64,000 bases of DNA from Podospora anserina (taxonomy: Eukaryota), in contig CM030336.1 in assembly GCA_017654855.1 (NCBI GenBank), positions 1,612,001 through 1,676,000 of the forward strand, written 5' to 3'. The notes beneath the pieces were generated by a model, which saw nothing but the letters and a program-made list of their open reading frames with translations, did not search any database and was not told the DNA's origin. A program made the position numbers and the translations under genes. Shown here piece by piece: positions 62,595 to 64,000 of the stretch; within the stretch, counting starts at the first letter, position 1; every line of letters begins with the position of its first letter.

Positions 62595-64000
62595 TCAAGT
62601 ACCAAAGTCCGGTAGGTTTGACCAGTTCAACCAATCCAACGCCGCCGCGTCGTCCCAGGGATACATGTTGAGGGCTGGGTCAAACTCGTTATTGACCCTG
62701 CTGAGTGCCTCGACGATTTGATCATCCGACATGGACGAGAACTGGATTGGCTCGGACCAGATGGGCGGTTCCAGGAAGCCGGAAACAACCGGGTTGGGTG
62801 GTATGGCGTCCGTCATACTAAAGCTGCCGCGGGCGTGATTGTGGTTATTGGCGTCACTGTGTCTCGCATACGGTGCTGTGGCTTGGTGTTGTTGCGTGGG
62901 AGGTTCCGATTGGTGGTGACCGGTCCGGGGGCGAGGGGCGGTCTCGTTTGCTGATAGCGCCGCTTTTTTGACAATGCATCTGAGATATTTTCCGTACAAT
63001 GCCGACATGCCATCTCGATGCTTTGTTGCCGAGCCGATGCGTTCGAGGACCTCTGCTGTTTCCTCAATGAGGGCTCGGACGCTTGGTGCCAGGTTGGAAT
63101 TGCCCGGCAGCTGGCCGCTGAGACGAAGAGCAAAGCACGCGGCGAACGAGATCATGATGGCTGTGTTGTTGGGCATGCTGGACAGTTGGCTCTCGCCCTG
63201 GATTGCAGCTCGCATGACGTTGAGCGCAGATGAGAGGCCGGCCGCATGGAAAAAGTGGCGCACTTCGGTGGGAGCCGTCGGGTGGTTGATGACGCTGCTG
63301 TAGATGGAAAGCCTGGTATGGGTCACCAGGATTTGCACATATGGCGGCAGTCGATGCTCTGCCGCTTGGTCAGCAAACAGCGGTTCTGGGCTGCGCATGA
63401 AACCTTCAGACATACGCGGCCCGGTGCCGATTGAGATGCCCCATTTAGCATGCCATTCGTCAAAGAATTTGTCAACGGTCATTTGGATCCTGCTGCAAGG
63501 TCAGCCATGTGTGTGAGCGGTAACAGTTCGAGAAGGGGCTCACGAGGTGGCAATAATCCCGCCCCCGGTTCTTCCATCCCGAGAGCCATCACAGACCGCC
63601 CTGATAGACGCAAATAAATCATCCTGCGCCTGTCAGCAACAAACCTCGACCATTTCCACGGACACGCCGGATAAGCTCACCAAATCTCTCCTCAGCACCG
63701 CCATGGAAACAAGATGCCCATCCATCGTGTCTGCAATATTTGACAAATGCCACTGGTCACACCCCTTGAGGATGGGCGTGATGGGAACCGTGTAGCACCG
63801 ACCTCTTGCCAAACACATGCCTCTTTCCAAGACGAAAAGGGCAATCCAGCACCGTTCCCTTCTTCTCAGCAGCCGTCTGCCATACTCGCTGTTCGGATCC
63901 ACCTCCGAGAACCCGTCCAGCGAAAGCGCCACCTTGGGGTCGATGCAGTCTGCTCTCGGAACTTGCATCGGCATACTTCCCATGCCTTGGCCGTTTACGC
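62595..64000 (-). CDS. Fungal-specific transcription factor (Zn2Cys6 class, middle/C-terminal region); 5' end outside the window
   Basis: RRRERCWIALFVLERGMCLARGR and DGHLVSMAVLRRDL match the fungal TF middle-homology region. Two introns (~63625-63679, ~63490-63542). The zinc cluster itself is not visible. Confidence 0.75.

Overview
Gene-dense fungal genomic DNA with spliceosomal introns, probably a Sordariomycete. A Podospora/Sordariales-like origin is inferred from intron signals, codon style and gene families, not from a search. In order, the window holds: a 5'-broken PTH11-like membrane protein gene, a DUF4267-like protein, a 14-TMS MFS efflux pump, tRNA-Pro, a HeLo-like/WD40 protein, an F-box remnant, an alpha/beta-hydrolase lacking its catalytic Ser and His, a SIT4-associated (SAPS) protein, a GH79 glycosidase, an intact NRPS-derived C-domain plus gutted A-domain gene just upstream of a complete highly reducing PKS, and a block of secreted-protein genes (Gly/Asn/Ala repeat protein, GH30 xylanase, Egh16-like protein). 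These are followed by a decayed head-to-head GH18 subgroup-C chitinase/multi-LysM pair, tRNA-Gly, a small Cys-rich secreted protein and tRNA-Val. The window ends with a compact five-gene block: ACS-family MFS importer, 3-oxoacid CoA-transferase, AhpD/CMD-like protein ending in SKL, mitochondrial dicarboxylate carrier and a fungal transcription factor. The best candidates for undescribed systems are the C-domain/HR-PKS pair and the five-gene block, a putative organic-acid catabolic cluster. All family calls come from motif recognition by eye.
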